A stretch of DNA of 64,000 bases, from NCBI GenBank assembly GCA_963747965.1, contig CAVVGZ010000001.1:223-64222 (forward strand), given 5' to 3'. The notes beneath the pieces are model-generated. The model saw only the letters and a program-made list of their open reading frames with translations. It was not told the DNA's origin and did no database searches. This stretch comes from an uncultured Chloroflexia bacterium. Its GTDB lineage: Bacteria; Chloroflexota; Anaerolineae; Anaerolineales; Anaerolineaceae. Numbering within the stretch: position 1 is the first letter of the stretch; every line of letters begins with the position of its first letter. Below are positions 50,141 through 61,261 of the stretch, piece by piece. Both the position numbers and the translations under genes were made by a program.

Positions 50141-51647
50141 GAACCACCTCAAATTTGGATGCAAATCGCATGATGCCCTCTTGTGTAAAATTTTCGCGTG
50201 GAATTTCACCCGTTAATCTGCCACCTGCTAAAACGATGATTCGATCTGCCAATCCCATTAATTCCGCAATTTCTGAGGAGATCATTATTATCGCTTTTCC
50301 CGCTTTTGCCAATTCATTTATGAGGATATATATCTCTCTTTTTGCGCCGACATCAATCCCGCGAGTTGGCTCATCCAGGATGATTATTTCAGGTTCTGCC
50401 AATAACCATTTTGCCAGGACAACTTTTTGCTGATTGCCTCCACTTAAGGACCTGACAAAACTCTTTCTGGATAGCGTCTTGATACTTAGTTTATTGATGT
50501 AAGATTCGGCAGCGTCAACCTCCTGTTTATTATTAATCACCCCGCCTTTTGCCAACTTGTTTAAATATACTAAAGTGATATTATGCTCAACGGTCGATTT
50601 TAGGTTTAATCCTGTATGTGTACGGTCTTCTGTAATCATGGCTATGCGGTTTTCAATTGCAGTTTGGGGGGATTGAATGGATATTGGTGTTCCTTTGATG
50701 ATGACCTCTCCAGATTCATGTTTCGTGATTCCAAAGATGCTTTCAACCAATTCACTTCTTCCTGCTCCAACCAGCCCGGCTACTCCAAGAATTTCCCCCT
50801 TGTGTAAAACGAAGTTAATATCTCGAAATTTGTTCTTGTGGGTGAAATTGCGAACTTCCAGGATCACATCACCTATTTTTGTATGTTCTTTAGGAAAAAC
50901 CTCTGTGATCTCCCGCCCTACCATGTATTTGATCGTTTTTTCCCTGTCTAAATTTTGTGCACTTTCGGTACAGATGTGTTTACCATCCCTGAGCACGGTG
51001 ATCCGGTCGGCAATTTTGAATATTTCCTCCATTTTATGGGAAATATAAATAACAGCAACACCGTGCTCGTTAAGCTTCTTGATTTGATCAAAGAGAGTAT
51101 CAACTTCCTTATAGGTGATGGCAGATGTAGGCTCATCCATAATCACAACTTTAGAATCAAGTGATATCGCTTTTATGATCTCCACCAATTGTTTTTGAGC
51201 CACACTTAAATGGCGCATCAAGCTTCTGGTATTGATATCTATTCCCAGCCTTTGGAAAATCTTGTTTGCTTCCAGATTCTGGGCGTTATGGTCGACAATA
51301 CTTAAACCACCAAGGTGATTTTTACAGATTTCTCGGCCAATAAAAATATATTCGCCCACTTCCATATCAAGAACTGGACTTAATTCCTGGGGGATCATTG
51401 CAATGCCGCAGTCCATGGCTTCTTTTGGATTTTGGATAACAATTTCTTTTCCATCTAAAAATATTTCGCCTGAATCCCTGTGATAGATCCCCATTAAGAT
51501 TTTCATCAGGGTGGATTTACCAGCCCCATTTTCACCCACCAGGGCATGCACCTCCCCAGGTCTCAGGTCAAAACTTACATTGTCCAAAACCCTCACATTG
51601 AAGAAACTCTTATTAATATTCTTCATCTCAAGAATCAAATCAGACAT
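50133..51647 (-). CDS. sugar ABC transporter ATP-binding protein with duplicated ABC domains
   Basis: Walker A is GENGAGKST and the second signature is LSGGNQQKVVLAKWL. The protein is 504 aa. Confidence 0.9.
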   Translation of the reverse strand: MSDLILEMKNINKSFFNVRVLDNVSFDLRPGEVHALVGENGAGKSTLMKILMGIYHRDSGEIFLDGKEIVIQNPKEAMDCGIAMIPQELSPVLDMEVGEYIFIGREICKNHLGGLSIVDHNAQNLEANKIFQRLGIDINTRSLMRHLSVAQKQLVEIIKAISLDSKVVIMDEPTSAITYKEVDTLFDQIKKLNEHGVAVIYISHKMEEIFKIADRITVLRDGKHICTESAQNLDREKTIKYMVGREITEVFPKEHTKIGDVILEVRNFTHKNKFRDINFVLHKGEILGVAGLVGAGRSELVESIFGITKHESGEVIIKGTPISIQSPQTAIENRIAMITEDRTHTGLNLKSTVEHNITLVYLNKLAKGGVINNKQEVDAAESYINKLSIKTLSRKSFVRSLSGGNQQKVVLAKWLLAEPEIIILDEPTRGIDVGAKREIYILINELAKAGKAIIMISSEIAELMGLADRIIVLAGGRLTGEIPRENFTQEGIMRFASKFEVVHE

Positions 51648-52035
51648 TAATCGTATTCTCCCGATTCATTGATCGTTGCAATATTTCAAAAGTCAATTCC
51701 GTTATTAATATAAGACTTAGGTAAATATTTTAATGCGTAGATTATCCTGCCTTTATTACCACCTGATAATGAGAGCAATTATACATGGATGGATATGGGC
51801 ATGCAAATTCCATTTCTCTTAATTGGGGCACCCGGAACTAAAACCCTGCTTCTTTGAACCAACGCATCTCTTTTACATTGCCTTTAGGTTTGTTTGATAT
51901 CGGGTATCGTGTTCATATAATTTTTATAATTCATCAAATTTTCAGGAAGCCTGATACCCTCCCCCACAACCTTCATTAAGAAAACCATAGCAATACGCTG
52001 GTTGGTTTACGCTATTCTTCATATCTTTCGAGCTC

Positions 52036-52064
52036 TTGACAGATTGACGAAAGGAGAATATATT
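52036..52064 (+). promoter_or_regulatory. sigma70-like promoter upstream of the MarR gene
   Basis: TTGACA (52036-52041), a 17-nt spacer, then TATATT (52059-52064), 24 nt before the start codon. Confidence 0.35.
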
Positions 52065-52087
52065 CAATCGTTATTAACTATTAAGAG

Positions 52088-52540
52088 ATGTTTATTATGT
52101 TACCTGATAATTTATTAAATGAAGTGATACGTGAATGGTCAGAAGTCTTCATGCATCGTTCCATGCGTGACTTCAAGCGATTCATGACCACTACCGGGTT
52201 ATCATTTTCCCAAATCAACATCCTGATGCGCCTTTTCCATAGAGGGAATTGCAGCGTCTCGGAGGTCGGTGAACAATTGAGCGTATCAAATGCCGCAGCC
52301 AGCCAGGCCGTGGACCGATTGGTGGGATTGGGCTTGATCGAAAGAACAGAAGATCCTGATGACCGCCGTACCAAGCGGCTGGCTCTCACGCAACAAGGAC
52401 ACAATGTTATCGAAAAGGGCATCGAAGCCCGCAGCAAGTGGATTGAAGGTGTATCAAATTCCTTGAATCCGGAACAGCAAAAAATGATTATATCTGCGCT
52501 CACATTGCTCACCGAAGCAGCGCAAAAAACCAGCGAGTAA
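52088..52540 (+). CDS. MarR-family transcriptional regulator
   Basis: The winged-helix segment is SQINILMRLFHRGNCSVSEVGEQLSVSNAAASQAVDRLVGLGLIERTEDPDDRRTKRLALT. Confidence 0.85.
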   Translation: MFIMLPDNLLNEVIREWSEVFMHRSMRDFKRFMTTTGLSFSQINILMRLFHRGNCSVSEVGEQLSVSNAAASQAVDRLVGLGLIERTEDPDDRRTKRLALTQQGHNVIEKGIEARSKWIEGVSNSLNPEQQKMIISALTLLTEAAQKTSE

Positions 52541-52650
52541 ATCACTATGTTCAATCACACAAACATCCAGCCTGATTGTGTTAACTATCCATTTCGAAAA
52601 ATCTGCCGCAACACCAATCGATACGTATTATTAGAGGAGTTTTTCCTACT

Positions 52651-54891
52651 ATGTTGCGATTAGTCAGGTATTTAAAACCCTATACCCTTTTGATCCTGCT
52701 TACCATCGCCCTACTTTTTGTGCAGGCAAATGCCGACCTGGCATTGCCCGACTATATGGCCGATATTGTTAATATCGGTATTCAACTGGGTGGTGTGGAA
52801 AATGCTATACCGGTGGCAATCCGCAAGAGCGAAATGGAAAAGCTCGGCTTATTTATGGGAGCACCGAATATGACGAGGGTGCTGTCTGATTACACCCTGG
52901 TGGATACAAATTCCACCGATTATTCTGAAAATGTCTTGTTATATCCTGAACTTGCTCAAGAACCAATTTACGTTCTCAATGAGATTAACACCGCAGAGAC
53001 CAACTGGCTAAATCCGGTGATGGGTAAAGCATTTTTAGCCGTTTCGGGCATCCAACAGGTTCTGGCGGATCCGGTCAAGGCATCTGCCATGGCCACCAGC
53101 ATGGGCATAGATATTACAAATCTTCCTCCTGGCGCAGACATTTTTTCCATCCTCAGGCAGCTTCCTGCCACACAGATTTCCAGGATTAGCAGTACATTCG
53201 AATCAAAGTATGCTGCCCTGGGCGACGAGATGATCATCCGGGCGGCAGCTGCACCGATAAAAGCCGAGTATATTGCCCTGGGAATGGATACCAGAAAACT
53301 TTCATCTGCTTATATTATTCATATTGGTGGGTTGATGCTGCTCGTGACCTTGCTCTCTGGCGCCTGTATGATCGCCGTGGGTTACCTGGCTGCGAAAACA
53401 GCTGCCGGCTTGGCGCGTGATCTACGCCAGAAAGTATTCCGACAGGTTGAAAGCTTTTCCAACATAGAATTTGATAGGCTCTCTACAGCCTCGCTGATAA
53501 CCCGTTCAACAAACGATGTAACCCAGATCCAGAACGTGGTTATGATGATGATGCGCATGGTTTTTTATGCGCCTATTATTGGGGTGGGCGCCGTGATACA
53601 TGCCATGGCAAAATCCAGCTCAATGATGTGGATCATCGCCCTGGCAGTGATCGTCCTGCTTGGCCTGATCCTGATTGTCTTTTCAATTGCTCTGCCTAAA
53701 TTCAAGATCATCCAGAACCTGATTGACCGTCTTAATCTGGTGACACGTGAAAACCTGTCTGGGATGATGGTTATTAGGGCCTTTAATATGCAGCAGTTTG
53801 AAGAAACCCGTTTCGATTCTGCCAATAGGGACCTGACCAGCGTCAACCTGTTCATCTCCCGGGTTATGGTCATCATGATGCCGTTGATGATGCTCATTAT
53901 GAACGGGGTAAGTGTACTGATCATCTGGGTTGGGTCACACCAGGTTGCCCAGAACACAATGCAAGTCGGCGATATGATGGCATTTATGCAATATGCCATG
54001 CAAATTGTAATGGCCTTTCTCATGATGGCCATGATGTTCATCATCCTGCCCAGAGCCTCTGTATCCGGTGATCGTATTGCTGATGTGTTGGAGACTGATC
54101 CGGTTATCAAAGACCCACAGTTCCCAAGAAACTTTAACGAGCCGTTCAAAGGGACTGTCGAATTCCGTAACGTTTCATTCCGCTATCCCGGGGCAGAGGA
54201 AGATGTCTTGCACGATATCAGCTTTTCTGCGCAACCCGGTCAGACTACCGCCCTGATCGGCACAACCGGTTCTGGAAAATCCACAATCGTATCTTTAATT
54301 CCGCGCTTTTTCGATGTTACGGCAGGTGCAATTTATTTGGATGGAACCGACATTCGTGAGGTAACTCAGCATGACCTCCGCAGTACGATTGGCTATGTTC
54401 CGCAGAAAGGGATGCTGTTTTCCGGGACAATTGAAAGCAACCTGTTATATGGAGATCAAAACGCTACCAACGAGGATTTGAAATTAGCTGCCGACATTGC
54501 CCAGGCCACCGAGTTCATCTCCACAAATCCAGAAGGCATGCAGACTGAAGTGGCGCAAGGAGGTATGAATGTGTCCGGCGGCCAGAAACAGCGCCTTGCT
54601 ATTGCGCGGGCCCTGGTCAGGAAAGCCCCAATATATATATTTGATGATAGTTTTTCCGCACTAGATTTCAAAACAGATGCTGCCTTACGCAAAGCTCTCA
54701 AAGATTATATCGGTTCCAGTACGATGATGATTGTTACGCAACGTATTGCCACCATCAAGAATGCCGAGCAGATCATTGTGCTGGACGAGGGTAGGATTGT
54801 TGGCAAAGGTACCCATAATGAACTCATGGCGGACTGCAACGTTTATCGAGGCATTGCTTTGTCCCAATTAAGCAACGAGGAGTTGGCATGA
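52651..54891 (+). CDS. ABC exporter half-transporter (TMD-NBD), degenerate-site subunit with a large extracytoplasmic insert
   Basis: Walker A GTTGSGKST, signature VSGGQKQRLAIARA and Walker B IYIFDDSFSALD, with Asp in place of the catalytic Glu. About 170-190 residues lie between TM1 and TM2. Confidence 0.85.
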   Translation: MLRLVRYLKPYTLLILLTIALLFVQANADLALPDYMADIVNIGIQLGGVENAIPVAIRKSEMEKLGLFMGAPNMTRVLSDYTLVDTNSTDYSENVLLYPELAQEPIYVLNEINTAETNWLNPVMGKAFLAVSGIQQVLADPVKASAMATSMGIDITNLPPGADIFSILRQLPATQISRISSTFESKYAALGDEMIIRAAAAPIKAEYIALGMDTRKLSSAYIIHIGGLMLLVTLLSGACMIAVGYLAAKTAAGLARDLRQKVFRQVESFSNIEFDRLSTASLITRSTNDVTQIQNVVMMMMRMVFYAPIIGVGAVIHAMAKSSSMMWIIALAVIVLLGLILIVFSIALPKFKIIQNLIDRLNLVTRENLSGMMVIRAFNMQQFEETRFDSANRDLTSVNLFISRVMVIMMPLMMLIMNGVSVLIIWVGSHQVAQNTMQVGDMMAFMQYAMQIVMAFLMMAMMFIILPRASVSGDRIADVLETDPVIKDPQFPRNFNEPFKGTVEFRNVSFRYPGAEEDVLHDISFSAQPGQTTALIGTTGSGKSTIVSLIPRFFDVTAGAIYLDGTDIREVTQHDLRSTIGYVPQKGMLFSGTIESNLLYGDQNATNEDLKLAADIAQATEFISTNPEGMQTEVAQGGMNVSGGQKQRLAIARALVRKAPIYIFDDSFSALDFKTDAALRKALKDYIGSSTMMIVTQRIATIKNAEQIIVLDEGRIVGKGTHNELMADCNVYRGIALSQLSNEELA

Positions 54892-56762
54892 CCACTCAAA
54901 CCAGCAGCTCTGCAACCAAACCAAATCAAAGCCGTGGCAATCCTCCAATGGGCGGCGGCCCGATGGCCATCATGCGCCGAGGAGAAAAACCTCTAGACTT
55001 TAAAGGTACTCTGGCAAAGTTCGTTCAATATCTTGGAAAATATAAATTCTTAATCGTGTTTATCTGGTTACTGGCAATTGCCTCAACAGCCGCAAGTATC
55101 TTTGGACCTAAAATCCTGGGGAATGCTACCACCGTATTGGTCGCTGGTGTCATGGCCCAGACTGCAGGGACGGGTTCCATTGACTTTGACACCATCGGCA
55201 CAATTCTCATCCAGGTTATGTTGTTATACTTGCTCTCTGCCATTTTAAGCTACACCCAGGGTTGGATCATGTCCAACGTAGCCATGGATATCACTTACCG
55301 TTTTCGCAAAGATATTGCTGAAAAAATCAGCCGTATTCCGCTCAAATACTTTGACACTACCAGCCACGGCGAAGTCCTTTCCCGCATCACCAATGATGTA
55401 GACACAGTCAGCCAGACACTGAACCAGAGTTTAACGCAGATCATTACTTCACTGACCACGGTTATCGGTATCCTATTCATGATGTACACCATCAGTTGGC
55501 AGATGACCCTGGTAGCCATTGCAATTCTTCCATTTTCGTTCGGCATAATTGCCTTGATTGTCACTAAATCTCAGCCCTTCTTTAAGAAGCAGCAAGATTA
55601 CCTCGGCCATATTAACGGTCATATCGAAGAAATGTACGGCGGTCACATCGTGATGAAAGCCTTCAACGGTGAGGCTAAAAGCGTTGAGCAGTTTGACCTG
55701 ATTAATGAAACCCTTTTCGACTCAGCCTGGAAATCGCAATTCCTGACTGGCCTGTTGTTCCCCATAATGAATTTTGTTGGTAACCTGGGATATGTGGCCA
55801 TCTGTATCCTGGGAGGCAATCTTGCTTATCAAGGATTCATCACCATAGGTGATATCCAGGCATTTATCCAGTATCTACGCTCCTATACCCAGCCGATCTC
55901 GCAGATTGCCAACATCTCCAATATTCTCCAACAGACGATGGCTGCTGCCGAGCGAGTGTTCCAGTTCCTGGCTGAACCCGAGGAAATTCCCGATACCACA
56001 ACACCAGTTCTTTTGGATTCCATTGAAGGACGAGTGGATTTCAAGAATGTGCACTTTGGATACAATCCGGATAAGATCATAATCAACGACTTTACATTTT
56101 ATGCCGAACCCGGTCAAAAAATTGCCATTGTCGGCCCAACCGGTGCCGGAAAGACCACCATGGTTAAACTGTTGATGCGTTTCTATGATGTTAACAGCGG
56201 GGCTATACTGGTTGACGGGCATGACATCAGGGAATTTACCCGTGGAGACCTGCGCTGCATGTTTGGCATGGTGTTGCAGGATACCTGGCTTTATAACGGG
56301 CCTATCATAGAAAATATCCGCTATGGACGATCGAATGCCACGGACGAGGAAGTAATCAGTGCAGCAAAGGCTGCACGCGTCGACCATTTCGTTCGTACTC
56401 TTCCGGAGGGTTACAATTTGGTCTTGAACGAAGAGACCACCAACATATCCCAGGGGCAAATGCAATTGATGACCATCGCCCGTGCTTTCCTGGCTGATCC
56501 TAAGATCCTGATTCTGGACGAAGCCACCAGTTCGGTGGATACCCACACAGAGGTCCTCATTCAAGAGGCAATGGAGACATTGATGAAAGGCCGCACCAGC
56601 TTCATCATAGCTCACCGCTTGTCCACGATCCGCAAGGCGGATTGGATACTGGTTATGAGAGACGGCGATATCGTTGAGCAGGGCAGGCATGAAAAATTGC
56701 TGTCAAAGAATGGTTTCTATGCCGAGCTTTACAACAGCCAGTTCGAAGGAAAAGAAATCTAA
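54888..56762 (+). CDS. ABC exporter half-transporter (TMD-NBD), partner subunit
   Basis: Walker A GPTGAGKTT, canonical Walker B LILDEATSSVD and a degenerate signature ISQGQMQLMTIARA. The 4-nt overlap with the upstream gene fits an LmrCD/BmrCD/TM287-288-type heterodimer. Confidence 0.85.
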   Translation: MTTQTSSSATKPNQSRGNPPMGGGPMAIMRRGEKPLDFKGTLAKFVQYLGKYKFLIVFIWLLAIASTAASIFGPKILGNATTVLVAGVMAQTAGTGSIDFDTIGTILIQVMLLYLLSAILSYTQGWIMSNVAMDITYRFRKDIAEKISRIPLKYFDTTSHGEVLSRITNDVDTVSQTLNQSLTQIITSLTTVIGILFMMYTISWQMTLVAIAILPFSFGIIALIVTKSQPFFKKQQDYLGHINGHIEEMYGGHIVMKAFNGEAKSVEQFDLINETLFDSAWKSQFLTGLLFPIMNFVGNLGYVAICILGGNLAYQGFITIGDIQAFIQYLRSYTQPISQIANISNILQQTMAAAERVFQFLAEPEEIPDTTTPVLLDSIEGRVDFKNVHFGYNPDKIIINDFTFYAEPGQKIAIVGPTGAGKTTMVKLLMRFYDVNSGAILVDGHDIREFTRGDLRCMFGMVLQDTWLYNGPIIENIRYGRSNATDEEVISAAKAARVDHFVRTLPEGYNLVLNEETTNISQGQMQLMTIARAFLADPKILILDEATSSVDTHTEVLIQEAMETLMKGRTSFIIAHRLSTIRKADWILVMRDGDIVEQGRHEKLLSKNGFYAELYNSQFEGKEI

Positions 56763-56974
56763 TCTGAAGGCCTATCCAAAAAAGTTTAGATTCTAACTTG
56801 ACTGTGAAAAAATACTATTCAGGTGGATAGGAGAGATTGGCCTGCCATCTTTATCTCGTTCATTTAGCATTACCCTGGTATAGACGCCATCGGGCAGCCA
56901 ATTGGATGCCATCTGTTAATACTTCGTAATGAATGCTTCAGGAAGCGCCCGGTATCTCCGGATTACATCATGAC

Positions 56975-59900
56975 CTATTCAAACTGAATGGCGTGGTGCA
57001 GAAAGAAATGCATGCGATTAAAGAAATTAACCTCGCTGTTGCCGGCGTCGCAATCCAGGAACAGCAGGTTCATTTCCGGGTAGAGGGATTTGAGCCGGTT
57101 TTGAACCCCTTTGGCAACAACGTGATTTGCAATGCAGCCAAACGGCTGCAGGCAAAGGATATTCTTAACATTGGACTCAACCAGCGTCGAAATTCCACCC
57201 GGAATCAGCCAGCCTTCGCCATAATGATTGGTCAAATCCAGAACCCGGCTGGCTTTTTCCGCCATATGCCAGATGGAAGGTGTTGGCCGGTGGAAACGAA
57301 AATCTTGCATGATCTTATCAATCCGGTGGATATAATTTTGCAGCGGCTGTTCTACCAAGCGTGAAAGAACCCAGAGCCAGTCACGCCTCAGCAGGTGTTT
57401 TTTCAAGTCGATATCCCAATTGACAAAATTCGATGTGAAATACTCGGTCAGGGGCGGTAAAATCACCTCAACGCCCTGCTCGATCAACCAGGGTACCACC
57501 CCGCCACCCCCAAACGGATTAAGCTTCACATAAATCTCCCCCACAATTCCTACCGCAGGGAATGACCCGGTTTTTACAGGCAGGGCGTTAAACGACTGTA
57601 CCGCCTGTTTTAACAAAGCCTGGATATCCCCCGGCCGGATCTTAAGATGCGGGTCGTTGAGAACCTCCATAAATGTGCTTGCCAGCTTCCAGGAACTGCC
57701 GGGAACTTGCTCGCGCACAGCGCAGGCATGATACATAGCAGAAATCGAGTCAGCATAGGTTGCTGTCTGCAGGATTTTATAAATGAATTCCGGGTAATTA
57801 ATCCTCACTCCCGGCTGTTCATTAATCGGCTTAAAATTGGTTGCCACCGTAACGACCGGCACCTTCTCAAATCCGGCTGCTACCAGACCGTTCTTAAGCA
57901 GCGTCAAATAACAGGAATCACGGCATTGCCCACCGGTCTGGCTGATCCCGACAGATACTTCCCCCGGGTCATAGTCACCGCTTTGTAATGCCTTGATCAC
58001 ATCTCCAATGACGATAATGGCCGGGTAGCATATTTCATTGTTGGTATATTTTAAGCCGAGGTTTACCGATTCCCGATCGGCAGGAGGAAGTACTTCCATT
58101 TTGAAGCCCATATCTCTCATCGGGCGTACAATAGGCAGTGTGGCGAAGGGTGCAAAGTCCGGGACCAGGATGCTTCGCCTGCGGTCTCTTTTTTGAAAAG
58201 CCGGGGTTGTTCGACGAGGAACAAAATAAGGCTCGGTTTTCGTTTTCCTTCGGCGAATTGACTCAATCATGGATCTCAGCCGGAGCTTGATCGAGCCTGT
58301 GCTTTCAATCTCATCCACACGAATTACAGTATGCCCCTTATGCCACTCGCTTAAAATCCGCCGTGTTTCATCCACAGCGATAGCATCCGGGCCGCAGCCG
58401 AACGAATTGATCTGAACTACCTCAATATCCGGCTGGCTGCCAGCCCACTTTGCAGCATAAAGATTGCGGTTGGGATACTGCCAGAGCGACACAACATTTT
58501 TATTTTCCAATTTTGAATTGGCGGGCAGCGGCACCGAATCCTCGGTTATGACGTCTACACCGAAATCAGTCAGGATATCCGGTACTTTATGGTGGATCTG
58601 TGGATCAATATGATACGGACGGCTCAACAGCAGCACCAATGGACGTCCCTCAGCCCGGGCTTTGCGTATGATTTCTGCACCTTCCCGCCGGACGGCTTGC
58701 TTATAATCCCGCTGTGACGCAACAGCCAGGCTGAAAGCCCGCTGCGCGGTTTTTTGATCCACCCCCAGCGAAACCAGGTAATTCTCACACGCTTTTCTTA
58801 AAAGCCCTGGATCGCGCATGGTAATGGCAGGTTTATCCAGCGGGATACCATGCTTTCCAGCCGGGTCAATGGAACTCTTGATCAGTTCAGGATATCCTCC
58901 AACTACCGGGCAGTTGAAATCCCCATCACTATCCGTAAACTCGGGTGTCTCATACGTGACCATGGGGTAGAAAATACGATCCACACCGGCATCAATCAAG
59001 TCATAGATATGCCCATGAGCCAGTTTGGCCGGAAAGCAGATGTTCTCGGATGTGATTGTTCCAGCGCCGCGCTCATACATCCCGACCTTTGACGGAGCGG
59101 AGAGCTGCACACGAAAACCGCTCTCCACGAGCAATGTAGACCAGAAGGGAAAATTTTCATACAGGTTGAGCACACGCGGGATTCCGATGACTGCGCGTGG
59201 GATGCCCTTTGGTTCCATCGGCCGATCAAACAGCAGCCGGTATTTAATTTCCGGCATGCTTACACCCCGGTAAGCATGCTTGCCATTGTTGGTATAGATT
59301 TTTTCACAACGGTTACCGGTAAAGAATTTGCTGCCATTGGGGAAGGTCAGGCGCTGGATAGCACATTGGTTTTCGCATCCCTGGCAGTGGACGATTTGTT
59401 TCCTGGTATTTTCAGCGATATTTAGGCTGTTCAAGCCGCTGAAGCTGGTGGCTTGTTCAGGTTGGCGCAGCCATTCATCACGCGCCAGAAGTGCTGCCCC
59501 GTATGCGCCCATCAACTCAGCAATATCCGGGCAGACAGCCTGGCGGCCGGAGATGTTTTCAAAGGCTTTGTGAATAGCCGGGTTTCGAAAGATGCCACCT
59601 TGCAGCAGGATATTTTCGCCAAATACGCCAGGATCAGTCACCTTGAGTACCTTATGCATGGCGTTTTTTACTACCGAATAAGCCAGCCCGGCCGAAATAT
59701 CTCCGACACTTGCCCCTTCACGCAGGGATTGCTTGACTTTCGAGTTCATAAATACCGTGCAGCGCGTACCCAGATCACATGGCGCATCTGATTCAAGCGC
59801 CTTACTGGCAAAATCGGTCACCGGCAAACCCATTGAATTGGCAAATAATTCAATAAAGGTCCCGCAGCCGGAGGAACAGGCTTCATTAATTTCTATATTT

Positions 59901-61226
59901 CGGATCTGGCCTTCTTCTATATAGATGGCTTTCATATCTTGCCCACCTATATCGAGGATAAAGGAAGTGTGCGGCTCAAATGCCTGGGCGGCGCGGAAAT
60001 GGGCCATGGTTTCAACCACGCCTTCATCGCAGTCAAACGCCGACCGCAGCAGGTCTTCGCCGTACCCGGTCACAGCCGAACGGGCAATATAAGGTGGAGG
60101 ATCGACAGACACAAATAGCTCTTGAACTTTGGCCAGTGCGTCGCAGGCAGTCTGCAGGGCGTTGCCGTGGTTATGCTGGTAGCTCTGGAACAGCAGGTTT
60201 CCAACCTCATCCACCAGGCAAACCTTGGTAGTTGTTGAACCCGAGTCTATCCCCAGGAAAAGCGCCTTGCCCGATACCTCCCTTATTGTCACCCGACCCA
60301 CGCGGCCCTGCACCCGGCTGCGTTCCCAATCAGTGCGTTGTAACGCATCGGAAAACAATGGCTGCAGGCGGATTGTGGACCCGGTGGTGGTTTGTGCATG
60401 TTCATCTGTAAACCGTTGAACCAAATCGCTGAGCGCCAGGGTCCTGCGGCTCTCTTTTGAAAGCGCCGCTCCCAAGGCTGAAATTAATTCGGGATGGTCA
60501 ATACTGGCCACCTCACCATCCCCCAGCTGCATAGCCTGGATAAATCGATCCCTAAGGGCAGGGATAAAAGTCAGCGGTCCCCCGCAGAATAACACCTGTG
60601 ATTTGGGAACCCGTCCGCGGGCGAGAGTTGCCAGGGTTTGGTAAACGACAGCGTTGAAAACGGAAGCAAGGATGTCAGCATGCGGGATATCCCGGCTGAG
60701 CAGGTTCTGCACGTCCGTTTTTGCGAATACTCCGCAGCGGGAAGCGAGCGGGTAAAGGTTGGCTGATTTCAGCGCCACTTCTTGAAGGTCTTCTACAGGC
60801 AGGTTTAATAAAGTAGCCATTTGGTCAATGAAGGCACCAGTTCCACCAGCACAAGAACCATTCATGCGGATATCAGGTGGAACATCGCCTTCGAAGAAGA
60901 TCATTTTGGCATCTTCCCCGCCAATATCGATTAGGGTATGAATATCCGGGTAACGTTTAATAACCTCTGCTGCAGCAATCACTTCCTGTAAGAACGGCAG
61001 TTGATAACTTTCGCTGATGCCCATCCCGGCCGAACCGGTTAGCACAACGGAGACATTTACATCCCCAAAATGGACCATTAAGATCAGAAAGCATCGCCTG
61101 CAGGGTAGCGCGCGTTTCTGCATAATGACGCCGGTATATGGTGTGAACCATAGAACCTTGAGCGTCGATCAGGACAAGTTTAGCGGTAGTAGAACCGAGA
61201 TCAATCCCAAGCTGATACGTTTTCAT
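56975..61226 (-). CDS. giant fusion of two BcrA/BadF/HgdC-type ATPase (activase) domains with a 2-hydroxyacyl-CoA-dehydratase-like module; frame change near 61067
   Basis: Two acetate/sugar-kinase-fold starts are present (YQLGIDLGSTTAKLVLID and LFLGIDSGSTTTKVCLVDE), each followed by IDIGGED/QD. Cys-rich dehydratase-like domains follow. ORFs 60957-61226 and 56975-61123 join across the ccccaaaa homopolymers. Confidence 0.8.
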
Positions 61227-61261
61227 AGTTAATCTCTAAAATTTTACCATTTTTAGATCAA

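Noticed and set aside
55875-56690. A 271-aa minus-strand ORF, with similar antisense ORFs at 53565-54149 and 52081-52554
   Set aside because: They are antisense to the ABC exporter and MarR genes, which have clear family motifs. They show no motifs or start signals of their own.
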